A DNA stretch of 64,000 nt from Octopus vulgaris (GCA_951406725.2 OX597836.1:3844001-3908000); one strand, 5' to 3'. Counted from the stretch's first letter, positions 28,355 to 43,360 are shown. The notes: generated from the letters alone by a model not told the origin. Translations and numbers: made by a program.

Positions 28355-28622
28355 GGCTCAGAACGTAAAGACGGACGAAATACTTATCGGTGTTTCGTCT
28401 GCCGTTACGTTCTGAGTTAAAATTCCGCCGAGGTCGACTTTGCATTTCATCCTTTCGGCGTCGATAAATTAAGTACCAGTTACGCACTGGGGTCGATGTA
28501 ATCGACTTAATCCGTTTGTCTGTCCTCGTTTATCCCTTCTATGTTTAGCCCCTTTATGGGTAGTAAAGAAATACCGCTAAGCATTTCGCCTGGCGCACTA
28601 ACGTTTCTGCCAGCTCGCCGCC
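28355..28622. mobile_element. SINE type B (minus) containing an inverted copy of its own ~185 bp module
   Basis: Minus-strand head 28573-28622 and continuation 28355-28383 flank a plus-strand module; both junctions fall at GAAATAC. Confidence 0.8.
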
Positions 28623-28724
28623 TGATGGAAACAGCTTAACCAAAACATCTAAGTTACTGTGAAACTCTTCTAGACTAATATATAGGAAGCTCAATGTGTA
28701 CTCTATAATCCTTTTCTGCTGTAT

Positions 28725-28872
28725 GCACGAGGCCTGAAATTTGTGGAGAGAAGGATAATCGATCAGAGTGACCCCACTACTTGACTGATAATTAAGTTAT
28801 TGACCCCGAAAGGATGAAGAACAAAGCTGACCATGGCGGAATTTGAACTCAGGACGGAAAGACGGACGAAAC
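28725..28872 (-). mobile_element. SINE type B
   Basis: GACCCCGAAAGGATGAAG...GGCGGAATTTGAACTCAG. Confidence 0.75.
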
Positions 28873-28945
28873 CTATACACTGTAATAAAATGGAATACAA
28901 ATGGGTACATACACAAGGACATATATTCATAGAAGTACGTATATA

Positions 28946-29144
28946 TAGAGGGTGGCGCAAAAGTAGGTTTACAGTTATCACGTAAGCAATTTAAAATTCT
29001 TTTAAAACATTTTATTACATTTGACAAAATTAATTAAATTAGAATAGAATAATGGTTTCATGTATTTGTTTTATAATTAAGACCTAAACTGTTAATATAT
29101 GAATGCGAAAGACATAGTTAAACCTACTTTTGGGCCACCCAGTA
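28946..29144. mobile_element. Tc1/mariner-derived MITE, about 199 bp
   Basis: TA|GAGGGTGGCGCAAAAGTAGGTTTA ... TAAACCTACTTTTGGGCCACCCAG|TA; imperfect ~24 bp TIRs, TA target site, AT-rich interior. Confidence 0.85.
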
Positions 29145-29216
29145 CATATATTTATACGTATGTATGTTATAAATACATATATATATATATATACATTTTA
29201 CATACATATATGTCTG

Positions 29217-29269
<53 letters not shown>

Positions 29270-29289
29270 TTATCTCTCTCTTTCTCTCT

Positions 29290-29349
<60 letters not shown>

Positions 29350-29687
29350 GTATATACACAGACAGTTATACTAAGATATACATACGTATCTGAAAGTAGG
29401 TGTGTGTTTTCTAGTGAATATTTACGTCTTATGTATGTATGTATGTATTATGTAATGTATGTAAGTTATGTATGTATGTGTGTCTGCATGTGTATTTGGC
29501 TGTGTGTATATGTGGATCTGTGACGTCATACTGTATAGAATTTACATTGATCTAGAGAAAGAAAGCGTTGTGCAGAAGGGGAGGAGGAGAAAGTATAGAA
29601 GGCGGAGGTGGAAGCGGAAGCCACCTTAAAAGAAGCAGGGGGAGAGTTACATGTAAAATGAAAAAGGGGGCAAAAGAAGAAAACAAC

Positions 29688-30647
<960 letters not shown>

Positions 30648-30858
30648 ACATTAGTATAGTTCAGAAGAACAGGAACGAGTAAATAATGGTCTTTATATAA
30701 TAATGTCATATAACAGCATTTCAGATTAACTTCAAGATGGCAGCTAATCAAGTTTAAACTCTCTTACCTATTATTGTAGTTTTTGACAATATTAAAACGA
30801 TGTAACTGTATGTATGTACGCAGGCACGTCAGCTGGATAGATGTAAGCAACTATGTAA

Positions 30859-30929
<71 letters not shown>

Positions 30930-31019
30930 AATATATATATACATATATATATGCATATATACATATGCACACACACAAACGCACATATACATCTATCTAT
31001 ATGCATATATGTATGTATG

Positions 31020-31059
<40 letters not shown>

Positions 31060-31063
31060 ACAT

Positions 31064-31114
<51 letters not shown>

Positions 31115-31483
31115 TATATATATATGTGTATATATATTTGTAAGTATACGTGTGCGATTGTGTTTGAATATGTAGTAAATAATGGTACATGGACTTCGGT
31201 TGTTCAGTCTTAAGTTTATCTAGGCAAAATACTCAATCATTCAAAGTGCTCGCAGATTAAACCAGTAGAGGGTGCTACGATTTTTATGTCTGTGATTTAC
31301 AGAGAAAGATAGACCTAGAATATACAACATGAAAAAAATATGCAATATTTACCACATGTTATCATAAGAAATTCTCTGTGACTATTCACCTCACCAGCTG
31401 CTGTTGAATTGGAAGCGATTACACTTTTAGGAATACACACACACACAAAAACAAATATATATAAATACATATATGCACACACA

Positions 31484-31547
<64 letters not shown>

Positions 31548-32113
31548 GGGTACTGTCAGCCGTAGCCAGCTGAGCCCGTGACTCGTACGTATAAAATAAT
31601 ACTGGGATCCGATTTAATCAACCTAGCTTTTATCTCGAAATTGCTGGCCTTGTGCTAAAATTTGAAACCATTATGATTATGATTATTATTATTATTTTAA
31701 TTCTTTGAGCTCTCGGTCATACCTGCCCTGGGTGATTCTGTGAGAGCGGACATCAACTTGTTGTCAGCGGTCTCACAGGATCTTTTTTCTGCAAATTATA
31801 TTCCTTGATACTGGATATTAACATACCGTGGAAGATATCAAACACACAAAAACCAATCTATTATTATTATTATTATTATTATTGTTGTTGTTGTTATTGT
31901 TGTTGTTGTTGTTGTTCTTCTTCTTCTTATTATTATTATGACTATTATTATTGTTGTTGTTGTTGTTGTTGTTCTTCTTCTTCTTCTTCTTCTACTATCT
32001 CTTCTTCACCTTCTTCTTCTTCTTATTATTATTATAATTATAATTATAATTATAATTATTATTATTATTATTATTATTATTATTGTTATTATTATTATTA
32101 TTATTATTAATTA

Positions 32114-32325
32114 GGAGGCGAGTTGGCAGAATGTTTGACACGCTGGGCAAAATGCCTAGCGGTATTTACCCAGTTGCTGCGTTCTGAGTTCAAATATCAC
32201 CGTGGTCAACTTTGTCTTTCCTCCTTTCGTGATCGTTAAATTAAGTACCAGTGAAATACTGGGGTCGATGTAATCCACAAGCGCCTTCCTCCAAGTTTCA
32301 GGCCTTATACCTATTGTAGAAATTA
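32114..32325 (+). mobile_element. SINE type B with (ATT)n tail
   Basis: GGAGGCGAGTTGGCAGAA...GTTCTGAGTTCAAA...ACTGGGGTCGATGTAATC; a second partial copy lies at 32440-32570. Confidence 0.8.
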
Positions 32326-32372
32326 TTATTATTATTATTATTAGTTGTAGTAGTAGTAGTAGTAGTAGTAGT

Positions 32373-32426
<54 letters not shown>

Positions 32427-32871
32427 TTACTATTGATATTGAGGTGGACTTTGCCTTTCCTTCTTTTCGGAGTTGATAAATCAAGTACCAGTGAAACACT
32501 GGGGACAAATTAATCGACTAGTGCCCTTACCCACAAAATTTCAGACTTTGCGCATTTGGTAGAAAGAAGGATTATTATTGTTGTTGTTGTTAGTAGCAGC
32601 AACAATGCTATCCGTAGCAGCAACAGCAGCAGCAGCAGCAGTAGTAGAAATAGAGGAAAAGGAGGAGGAGGAGGAGGAGGAGGAGGAGGAGGAAGAGGAG
32701 GGGGCAGTGGAGTAAAAAAACAAGTAAATGGATATTTACAAAATGACTTCAGGAAATGAGTAAAGGAAATATTTGTAATTTCACTAGAAACTTCCATCAG
32801 CAATAAACTGATGGATGAAGAATTAGAATTTGAAACAAAACATAGAAGTATGAATAAAATATATAAATAAT

Positions 32872-32928
<57 letters not shown>

Positions 32929-32935
32929 TATAAAT

Positions 32936-32985
<50 letters not shown>

Positions 32986-33060
32986 GTATACATATATATA
33001 AATAGATATATATATATATATAAGTGTATATATGTATATATATATATATGTATATATGTA

Positions 33061-33093
<33 letters not shown>

Positions 33094-33201
33094 GCATATA
33101 TGAAAATTGAAAATGAAAACGAAATTATACTTTCATAAGGAAACATCTGCAGATGATGTTTATGGAAAGAGAGCCAAGGTACACGGGTACATTTATGTAT
33201 G

Positions 33202-33250
<49 letters not shown>

Positions 33251-33496
33251 ATATATGTACTTGTGTTTATATGTGTATATATATATGTGTGTGGGTGTAT
33301 GTATGTGTGTATGTGTATATATATTTATATTGAGGTGTGTGTATATATGTATGTATATATGAATATATGCATGCGTATAAATATATACCTATATGTACGT
33401 ACATACATCATTGTGTGTATGTATGTATGAACGTACATATGTGTATTCGTATATGTGAGTTGGCACAAACACAAGCATAAACACGCATATATGTAA

Positions 33497-33542
<46 letters not shown>

Positions 33543-33855
33543 CATTTATACATCAATCTAAAAATATTTGTATGTATGCATATATATATATATATGTATA
33601 CATATATATATATATGTATATATATATATGCATACATGTATATATATGTACATATATATATACATAAACCTACATATATAAACAGAGAAATGAATAGATA
33701 TTCCGTTAAGCAATCAACTTTATCATAGTCGACTTGTCTAACACAAACATATATACATACACACATATACACACGCATATAGGACAAACACACGTACATA
33801 CATACATAAATACGCACATGCAAACATGTATAGATATTTACGCATGCGTCGTAAA

Positions 33856-33907
<52 letters not shown>

Positions 33908-34156
33908 TTGTATATTAACGAGTACCCAATACTCTCAAGTAGAACTAAAGTTTTGTATTTTAATAGACATTCGAAAATATTTGCTCAGAAGTACGATGAA
34001 TAATATTAGATTTAATATTAAAATATTAACGTCATAGCATAATACCAATTGGTATTTATAATTTTCATACCCCGTAATCTCTCTCTGTTCATAGACATAA
34101 GTTTATATATATACATATATACATACATATATATATATTTACACACACACACACAC

Positions 34157-34227
<71 letters not shown>

Positions 34228-34330
34228 CTATATTTAAGAGATGAGGAATTACGTACAGTATTTACATTTGACGGATATTTGTCTTCATCTTCTGTTAATA
34301 CAAGGTTTCGGCTGATATACCCTGCAGTGT

Positions 34331-34825
34331 GATGTTGTTCTCTGAAACAGGGTACAGAAGTCATGCATTGTTGTAAAGATCAGCTGCCCACCGAATATGA
34401 ATACAAAAGAGAATGTTTATGGCGAATTAATGCGGAATTTACAGCTCTTGTTCCCTGACTATGAATTCTCATTTGTCCCCGTTATCCTAGGAGCATTAAG
34501 TTATGTACCAACAAATTTGCACAAAAATCCTAGAAAGTCTTGGTCCCATGGAAAACGAGCAAAAGAAAGTGACGCGGATTCTCCATGTCCAATATATTAG
34601 TGGCACTGTGAAGATTTCTAAGACATTCCAAAAATCCTCCATCTGAGACTCTTATGTGAATAGCTGCACACACTTGGGTGCATGCATCGACAGTTCAACC
34701 AACACCCCAACTCAACCACATATTTACAAACACTAGGAAGTCTCTTAACTCAAAAAATCTTGTCGCTTTCTTAGCAACCGGCTTGAACTCTCCCAAGAAA
34801 AGATTAAATTAAATTCCCAAAAAAA
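34331..34825 (+). mobile_element. RLE-type (R4/Dong- or NeSL-like) LINE 3' fragment
   Basis: DVVL*NRVQKSCIVVKISCP...KENVYGELMRNLQLLFPDYEFSFVPVILGALSYVP...SGTVKISKTF, followed by a 3' UTR. Confidence 0.72.
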
Positions 34826-34873
34826 TTCATACATACATGAATATCCCCTGCCCCATATATATATATATAAATG

Positions 34874-35016
<143 letters not shown>

Positions 35017-35234
35017 CTCAAGAATGGCGGGTTATGTATCTTCTTTATCTCTTGGCCACAACTATTTCAACAACGTTTTAAATATATCCTTTAACAAGTT
35101 GGAAAGCATGAATATAAAATCCTGGAATATTGGATTCCCAAATTCCATTTCATTTACTTTGTGTGTGTGTGTGTGTGTGCGTGTTTGTGTGTATGTATTA
35201 TGTATACTGGTGTATGTGTGTGTGCTTGTGCAGG

Positions 35235-35269
<35 letters not shown>

Positions 35270-36024
35270 ATGTACGAATATCTGTTCAAGATCGATGCCC
35301 TATGAATGCCGTAGATCCCCGACGAAAAACATATCTTCTCAACATAATTCCCGCTCTTTATTAATATTTTTCTACTAAATTGACGGTTTCCACCGTGCAG
35401 TTCGTAGTTCACTTCCTGGCGTTGCTCAACCGCTTTAAGTCTCCATATTACATTTTTTTTCTATTGGCGTTTTATCAAGACATGACCATATTTGTCGTAC
35501 CATGCTTTACCACCTTGTCAACAGCATTTTTCAACACTCATTTCTTAACACTCTTAAACATTCAACGAACACTCGTCACTTGAATGTTCTATGAAATACG
35601 AAACGACATTCTATAAAATTTAGTTTCAAAAGCCATGAATATTTTCTTACATTCATCATTCCACATCCTTTATTCGTACCCATAGAATAAAACTGAAATC
35701 TCTATTGCTCTTAAAACATTTATTTGCTGTCATAATTTATCTGTTCTAATAAATTTTTTTTTTTCGAGAAACAAGGTTTAATTTTTCTAAAGAATCTGAT
35801 GCTGTTTCGCTCCGTCGTTTTTATGTGTTTCTTTCATCTGTCATCATCCGTTATAATATTTTACAACTATTAAAATTCATCAACTTGTTTGAAAAATTTT
35901 CCCTGCTTTTTCAATTGGTTTCACAATTTTCTTTTGTCTTTTTTTGTATTAGTTACCATTATTTTGCATTTTATTTAGAATTTATTGCTATTCCATATCT
36001 CCTCTTGCAGTCAGTTATCTCAAA

Positions 36025-36069
<45 letters not shown>

Positions 36070-36109
36070 AATATATATATATAAATAGGAATATATTTAT
36101 ATGTATATG

Positions 36110-36159
<50 letters not shown>

Positions 36160-36341
36160 TATATATCCATATATATAGGTATATGTTTATATGGTAACAT
36201 ATACATATCTATATACATTAATAGGAACATATGAACGCATATGTACATGTGTATAAGTGTATATATGTATGTATATTCACACACATAAAATTTATATATC
36301 TAGATATGTATGTATATGTATATATATATTTATATATATAG

Positions 36342-36400
<59 letters not shown>

Positions 36401-37044
36401 CAGCATCGTCACCATCGAAAAGATAACCGCATTGGCAACGAGAACGAAAGCAACACCATCAACTTCAATAGGAATGCCCTCCAGATGAACGGCATTAAGA
36501 GCAGTAACAACATTATCAGAAACACCATAAACACTCAAGATCTTTATCAAAATCGCACTAGATTTCACAACAACTACAACAACGACGACGACGACACTAT
36601 CACATGCTGCATAACAACAAGAGCAACAACATCAACAGCAAAAACTGCCATAATTACCAACAGCATTAACAACATAACAAGGACGCATATAAAAGCTACA
36701 GAGAGAACAAAATATAAACACACAATAATTAATATTATTTCAGTAATATGAACGAATATAAACTAAAAAAAAATCTTGGAAGTTGCCAAACGAAATAAAA
36801 GTTGTTAGTTAATGGTATCGACGGTTAGTAAATAACTACTGTGGCAACAACAACAGCAACAGCAATACCAACAACAGCATAAACAATAATGATATCAACA
36901 ACAATAAGGAAACACTAACAAAGAGGAATAAACTGATTATATGGTATTTTTATCTCCATCGCCAACCAGAAAGCATTGAACTTCTCGTCTATACGCGTCG
37001 ATGTATGTGATTATACATACATATACATATACATATCTACGTAT

Positions 37045-37085
<41 letters not shown>

Positions 37086-37835
37086 CGAGTGTATGTGTGC
37101 CTCTATATATATGTATATGTGTGTATATATATATTTATAGATATATAGAGAGATAGAGAGAATAAACAGATAGATAGTTGCATATTTATATATATACACA
37201 TATATCTGTACACAGGTGTATATGTATATAATATATATACCTATATAAATATATATATACATATAGATATGTACGTATATATATTCATACATACATACAC
37301 ACATACATATATATATATATACTCATTCGTATATTAAAAAAAAAATATATATATATTGTCATTCGTATATGATATCATGTATTACGTTTATCTTCCTATT
37401 ACAAATGTATATATATATGCATAATATATGAAATGAATGACATGACTATACGTACACCTAAGTACGCACACACACACACACACATATGCGTATGCGTGTC
37501 TGTATGCATGTGCCTTCGGGAAAAATACTTCTACATTTGTAGATGACAGCGTACGTGAACTCACGCACACAGACACACACCCACACAAGTGCACGTTTGT
37601 ATTCATAAACTCAAACATCCTCCTACTTCTCCATTTACATCTGCCAACGTTCGACGAACCACCTCTCACCAGAAGCGAACGAAATAATGAAATATTCATA
37701 AAACCACCGAAATCCTCTCTCAATCCCCATACTCTAACCTGCGATTGACATAACGTTAAGATGATCTAGTTGTGCGATATTAATCGAAAGTTAAGCATAC
37801 TGGTTATATTGGTGTTGTTGCTGTTGCAAGCGATA

Positions 37836-38270
<435 letters not shown>

Positions 38271-39024
38271 TGTTGTCGCTCTTGCGTTTGTTGTTGCTGC
38301 TCTTGTTCTTGTTGTCATAGTCCTTGTTATTTTGCAGTGCTGCCCTCTGGCTGATGAAAGGCCCGTTATATTGATGTCAAAACAATATGGATGTGTCGAT
38401 AAATTGATATCGGTGGATAGACGGAGGGATTGATGGCACGATAGTGTGATAGACGTACAGATGCACAGACAGATAAGGGGGAGAGCGAGGTATTTTAATA
38501 ACAGTGTATTTAATATAGGTGGAGTATTTAATAGGCACTTAGAAATACAGTAACTCTCTCTGAGTATACACACTGGCATGGTTACATATATATATATATA
38601 CACGCACTATATATAAATGCGTGTGTTGAGCATATAAGAGTGCGTTTATAAACACACACATATGTGTCTATGTGTGTATGTTTGCGCGTGTGTTTGTGTT
38701 TCTGTGTGTGTATGTATTTATATAGCAATGTGTATGACTATCATATACATATATGAAGGCATGAGGATGTAAAGATACACGTAAAAATAAACTCGTATAT
38801 ACACATGATTCTTATTATAGAGTACGACTCTGCGCAATTTCTGTGTTCCGGTGTTCTTTTTTCTAGTTCGTCAAACGTGCACACACACACACACACACAC
38901 ATACACACACACATACATACACACACATACACTCACACACACATATATCTAGCTAAATAGATAGATAGAACATACAAAATGAAAGAAATGTGTATATATA
39001 TATATAAATATTTGTATAACCACA

Positions 39025-39062
<38 letters not shown>

Positions 39063-39221
39063 TAGAATGAGAGAGTAAGATGCACAAGTATAGAAGCATA
39101 GACATACGAAAATAAACATGTCACACTGTATACATCCGCACATACAGAAAAACGCATATACATATACATACATACAAACACACACAGATATATATATATA
39201 TTTGATATATATGTATCGTCG

Positions 39222-39487
39222 TGGCACTCCGTCGGTTCCAGTTGATCCGATCAACGGAACAGCCTGCTCGTGAATTTAACGTGCAAGTGGCTGAGCACTC
39301 CACAGACAAGGCTGACCCTTTGCAATACAAGTACGACAGAAATGGGAAGAAAGAGTGAGAGAAAGGTGTGACGAAAGAGTACAGCAGGGTTCGCCACCAC
39401 CCAGTGCTGGAGCATCGAGAAGTCTTTAGGGGATTTCGCTCAATAAACATTCAGAACGACCGTTCTGGGAATCGAAACCTCCTCGCG
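39222..39487 (-). mobile_element. SINE type D with internal deletions
   Basis: GGCACTCCGTCGG..GATCAACGGAACAGCCTGC...CTGGGAATCGAAACC. Confidence 0.8.
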
Positions 39488-39528
39488 TTGTTGTTTGTTC
39501 TTGCTTATCCATGTTTGGATTCACTATA

Positions 39529-39582
<54 letters not shown>

Positions 39583-39801
39583 CATACATACATACATACA
39601 TGCATACATATATACATACATACATACATACATACATACATACACACATACATACATTTATATATATATAGACACACACATACATATATATATATAGACA
39701 CAGAGATGTATTTGCAAAGCGAGTGACTTGATCTGGGATCGTCTGCTGAAGCCAAAAAATTGCGTCATGGAAGATGTTTATAAACCATTTAAGAACACAC
39801 A

Positions 39802-39898
<97 letters not shown>

Positions 39899-39949
39899 GA
39901 AAACAGAAAGGAAACCGTTAGATACACTTCAACATTTAAAATTAATTTG

Positions 39950-39996
39950 TGTCAAAATATTTTCGCCGCTTTGAAACTGCGATCTTTTCACTGACA
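39950..39996 (-). ncRNA. Hammerhead-like fold with non-canonical GUGAAAA core
   Basis: UGUCA-GUGAAAA-GAUCGC agtttcaaa GCGGC-GAAA-AUA-UUU-UGACA; 5 bp stem I, palindromic AAAAUAUUUU. Confidence 0.35.
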
Positions 39997-40006
39997 AAAT
40001 TTCGTG

Positions 40007-40064
<58 letters not shown>

Positions 40065-40660
40065 TTGTTATATTCGCGATGCGATTTTATTTGTACTAAT
40101 AGAAATATTAGCAGTGCAATTGGGAAACTTGTAATTGTAGTCGCCGAAATAATTATAAAAGATGTTGAAAAACAATAAAAGTAATCTTCTTCTTCTTCTT
40201 CTTCTTCTTCTTCTTCTTCTTCTTCTTCTTCTTCTTCTTCTTCTTCTTCTTCTTCTCCTCCTCCTACTCCTCCTTCTTCTTCTTCTTTTTAGTAGTAGTA
40301 GTAGTAAGAGTAGTAGTAGTAGTAAGAGTAGTAGTAGTAGCAGCAGTAGTCGTGGCAGTGGTTTTACTAGTCACTAGTTGCCGGCATTCAGTAAGGAATA
40401 GATTTCTGGTCAGATAAAAGATCTGCGATAACGTATATTGGTACGCACGTCATACATTTCGTATGTGCGTGGGCGAGCTATAGGGACTCTGTTGTATACA
40501 CACACACACTGACACATACACAGACACGCACACACTGACACACACACACTGACACATACACAGACACACACACAATCACACAATCACACATACGCGCACA
40601 CGCACATATCCTTGTGTAGCATTCAGTATTCCTCTCTCTCTCTCTCTGTATATATATATA

Positions 40661-40822
40661 GGTGCAGTCGTGGCTGTCTGGCAAGCAGCTTGCTTCCTAG
40701 CCAGATGGCTCCGGATTCAGTCCCATTTTGCGTGGCACATTGAGCAAGTGTCTTGTACTAAAGCGTCGGGCCCACCAGAGCCCTGTGAGAGGATTTGGTA
40801 GAATGAAACTGAAAGAAGCCTG

Positions 40823-40826
<4 letters not shown>
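40661..40826 (+). mobile_element. SINE type A
   Basis: GGTGCAGTCGTGGCTGTCTGG...GAAACTGAAAGAAGCC. Confidence 0.83.
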
Positions 40827-40857
<31 letters not shown>

Positions 40858-40885
40858 AGAAAAAAGCAACAAGAATGGATTAGTT

Positions 40886-40977
40886 GTTCAGTACAATTGT
40901 TTCATACGAAGAATAGATTTATTAAAAGCTGCAAATATTGCAGCAAATACAAGTGTCCCGTATTCATCAGCCAAAAC
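40886..40977 (-). ncRNA. Type I hammerhead ribozyme
   Basis: UUUGG-CUGAUGA-AUACGGGA...UCUUCGUAU-GAAA-CAAUU-GUA-CUGAA; canonical core, palindromic ACAAUUGU; lies in a ~250 bp island (40856-41110) flanked by (TA)n. Confidence 0.75.
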
Positions 40978-41108
40978 ACAAATGAGTTTTCCAAACATCC
41001 TAGGGGGTGAGGCTTCACTCATGAAGTACCGAAGAGAGTTCTATGAAAAGCAAAGTTAGATTGTAAGCAGACTTAAAATGTTCTCTAATGATGCACAGTT
41101 TTATAAAA

Positions 41109-41171
<63 letters not shown>

Positions 41172-41209
41172 ATATATGTATATGGAAAATATGCAAATAA
41201 ACAAGCCGC

Positions 41210-41727
41210 AGGAGTTTTGCAATGTAACATCAATTTGGAAAAAAGGCAACCATCGAAGGAAATACGATCCCAGAGTCAGAGTCGGTGCGTGACCTGGGGT
41301 TTCACATGAGCAATGATGCAACATTCCATGTGCATATTACCAAGATGGCAACACTGTTCAGGTGAGTGGCCGGATAGATTCTGAGGACATTCGGAACCTG
41401 AAATTGGAGTCCTTGCTACTCCTATCGGAGCCTTTCGTTCTCATCCGCTTGGACTACTACTCCTAACTGTGATCCCCAGAGAGTCTGAAACAAACTGTCG
41501 AACTCGAAGCAATCCAGTGCCAATACACAAAGAAGATTGAAGGATGCAAATGATGGGCTACTGGGAGAGGCTAAAGGAGCTGAGTCTTTATTCCCCGGAG
41601 AGAAGACGAGAGAGATATGCAGTGATATATATTTGGAAGATTTTGGAGGATTTAGCTGCCAATTTTGGAATTGACAGATACACCAATCCTCGAAGTAGAT
41701 GGCACTTCATCATACCAAAGATCCGTA
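41210..41727 (+). pseudogene. Degenerate fragment of the CR1/L2-group LINE family
   Basis: SVRDLGFHMSNDATFHVHI...[31 protein letters not shown] aligns by eye with the ORF at 60139-61716; in-frame stops. Confidence 0.88.
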
Positions 41728-41961
41728 AACTAGCGGTTCGGCAGACTAACAGAATGGGTAACAGACTTTTAAAAAATAAGTCCCGTGGTCGAGCTGTCCT
41801 ACTAAATCCCTTTAAGACGGTGCTCCAGCATAGGCGCAGTCAATTGAATTATTGTATTGACGATAACCTCTATTTCATTTTAATGTGCTGCCGTGTTTTA
41901 TGTTTGATATATTGTATCACACACACACACATAGACGCAGACACACACACACACACGCACT

Positions 41962-42160
41962 TCGCTATGATTGATCGCTAGCCACTAAACCTATTTTTTT
42001 ATTTTCTCTGCTTATTCCTGTGTTCCTTTCTGTTGAAGAGCGTAGGCTCGAAATGTAAAAGACTTTCTCACCTTCCCGAGCATTAGACTAATACATCTGT
42101 TTGTTGTTTACACACCCGTCTTCGTCTTTTGTTTTGTTTGATTTTTTGTAAATTCCAACT
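41962..42160 (+). mobile_element. About 200 bp dispersed repeat with a hammerhead-like motif (42026-42061)
   Basis: Same family as 57297-57500 (minus); ends at (TA)n. Confidence 0.75.
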
Positions 42161-42176
42161 ATATATATATATATAT

Positions 42177-42374
42177 ATTTATTATATAGAAGGAGCTTCT
42201 ACAGGACTAGTACTGTTTCATTCAAGAGAAATCTGAATCTCCTGAGCTTCCTGAAGATTTCTCTTGAATGAAACAGTACTAGTCCTGTAAACTCCTTCTA
42301 TATAATAAATTAATTTTACTCTGCTATGTATTGAGTACCTTACTTACTGTGGTTAACCCCGAATCAACCCGGGA

Positions 42375-42378
<4 letters not shown>
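42177..42378. mobile_element. Fold-back Penelope-like pLTR remnant with decayed hammerheads
   Basis: Arms 42177-42234 and 42255-42310 carry UGAAU-GAAA-CAGUACUA-GUC; flanked by (TA)n. Confidence 0.6.
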
Positions 42379-42431
<53 letters not shown>

Positions 42432-42440
42432 TTATATATA

Positions 42441-42480
<40 letters not shown>

Positions 42481-42599
42481 AGTATGTGTGTGTGTGTGTG
42501 CGTGTGTGTATGAATATATATCTATGTATTTATGTATGTATGCATGTACGTATGTATGTATATGTGTATATATGTATGGGAAATGAAACCTATAAACAG

Positions 42600-42720
42600 C
42601 AAGTGCAATAACATATCTTTAAGAGCAACTCGTTGTAATTCTGTTTAACAGTTTCCGCCAGATGAAAGACAGATCTCACGGCCAGACATTCACTTCCTAT
42701 GTGAATCGAAAGTACTTTTC
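42600..42720 (+). repeat. Dispersed ~120 bp repeat, second copy at 45045-45165
   Basis: Shared AACATATCTTTAAGAGCA...AACAGTTTCCGCCAGATGAAAGACAGATCTCACGGCCAGACATT. Confidence 0.85.
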
Positions 42721-43044
42721 TTTTTCCCCAACAAACAGATGATTTTTCATATAAAATAAGGTCATTCGTACGTACGTGCGTACCAACACACCTATGTGTA
42801 TATGTATGTATAAATGTATATGTATGTATATATATTTGTATGTGTGCACGTATCGTTTATATGTATATATTTCTTGTGGTTAGATGGCCACCATTAGCAG
42901 TCAAACGTTCATGTAGTGTCTGGAACCTAACATATGTTGTCTTTTAAGCTATTTGAAAATATTACCACCATTATTTTAACTATGTTGTGTATTTTCATAA
43001 TATTTTACAAACACACACATACATATACAAACACACACATATGT

Positions 43045-43105
<61 letters not shown>

Positions 43106-43123
43106 CATATATACATACACACT

Positions 43124-43156
<33 letters not shown>

Positions 43157-43360
43157 GTGTGTGTGTGTGTGTATTTTTCCCTTGTTAACAATTAACACTG
43201 AACAAATAGATAGTTACCAGGGTAGCAAAAAATCACACAAATAAAAAGGTTGTAACTCCTTGTATTTAAAGGTAGAAACTCCGGGTTTACGTGAACTATT
43301 TTGTATAATATATATAAATAAATAAATGGAATTAAACGCAGATGTTATTAAAATTCTTTT

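Noticed and set aside
34040-34090. Palindrome TACCAATTGGTA as a possible hammerhead remnant
   Set aside because: Core and stems too degraded to call.
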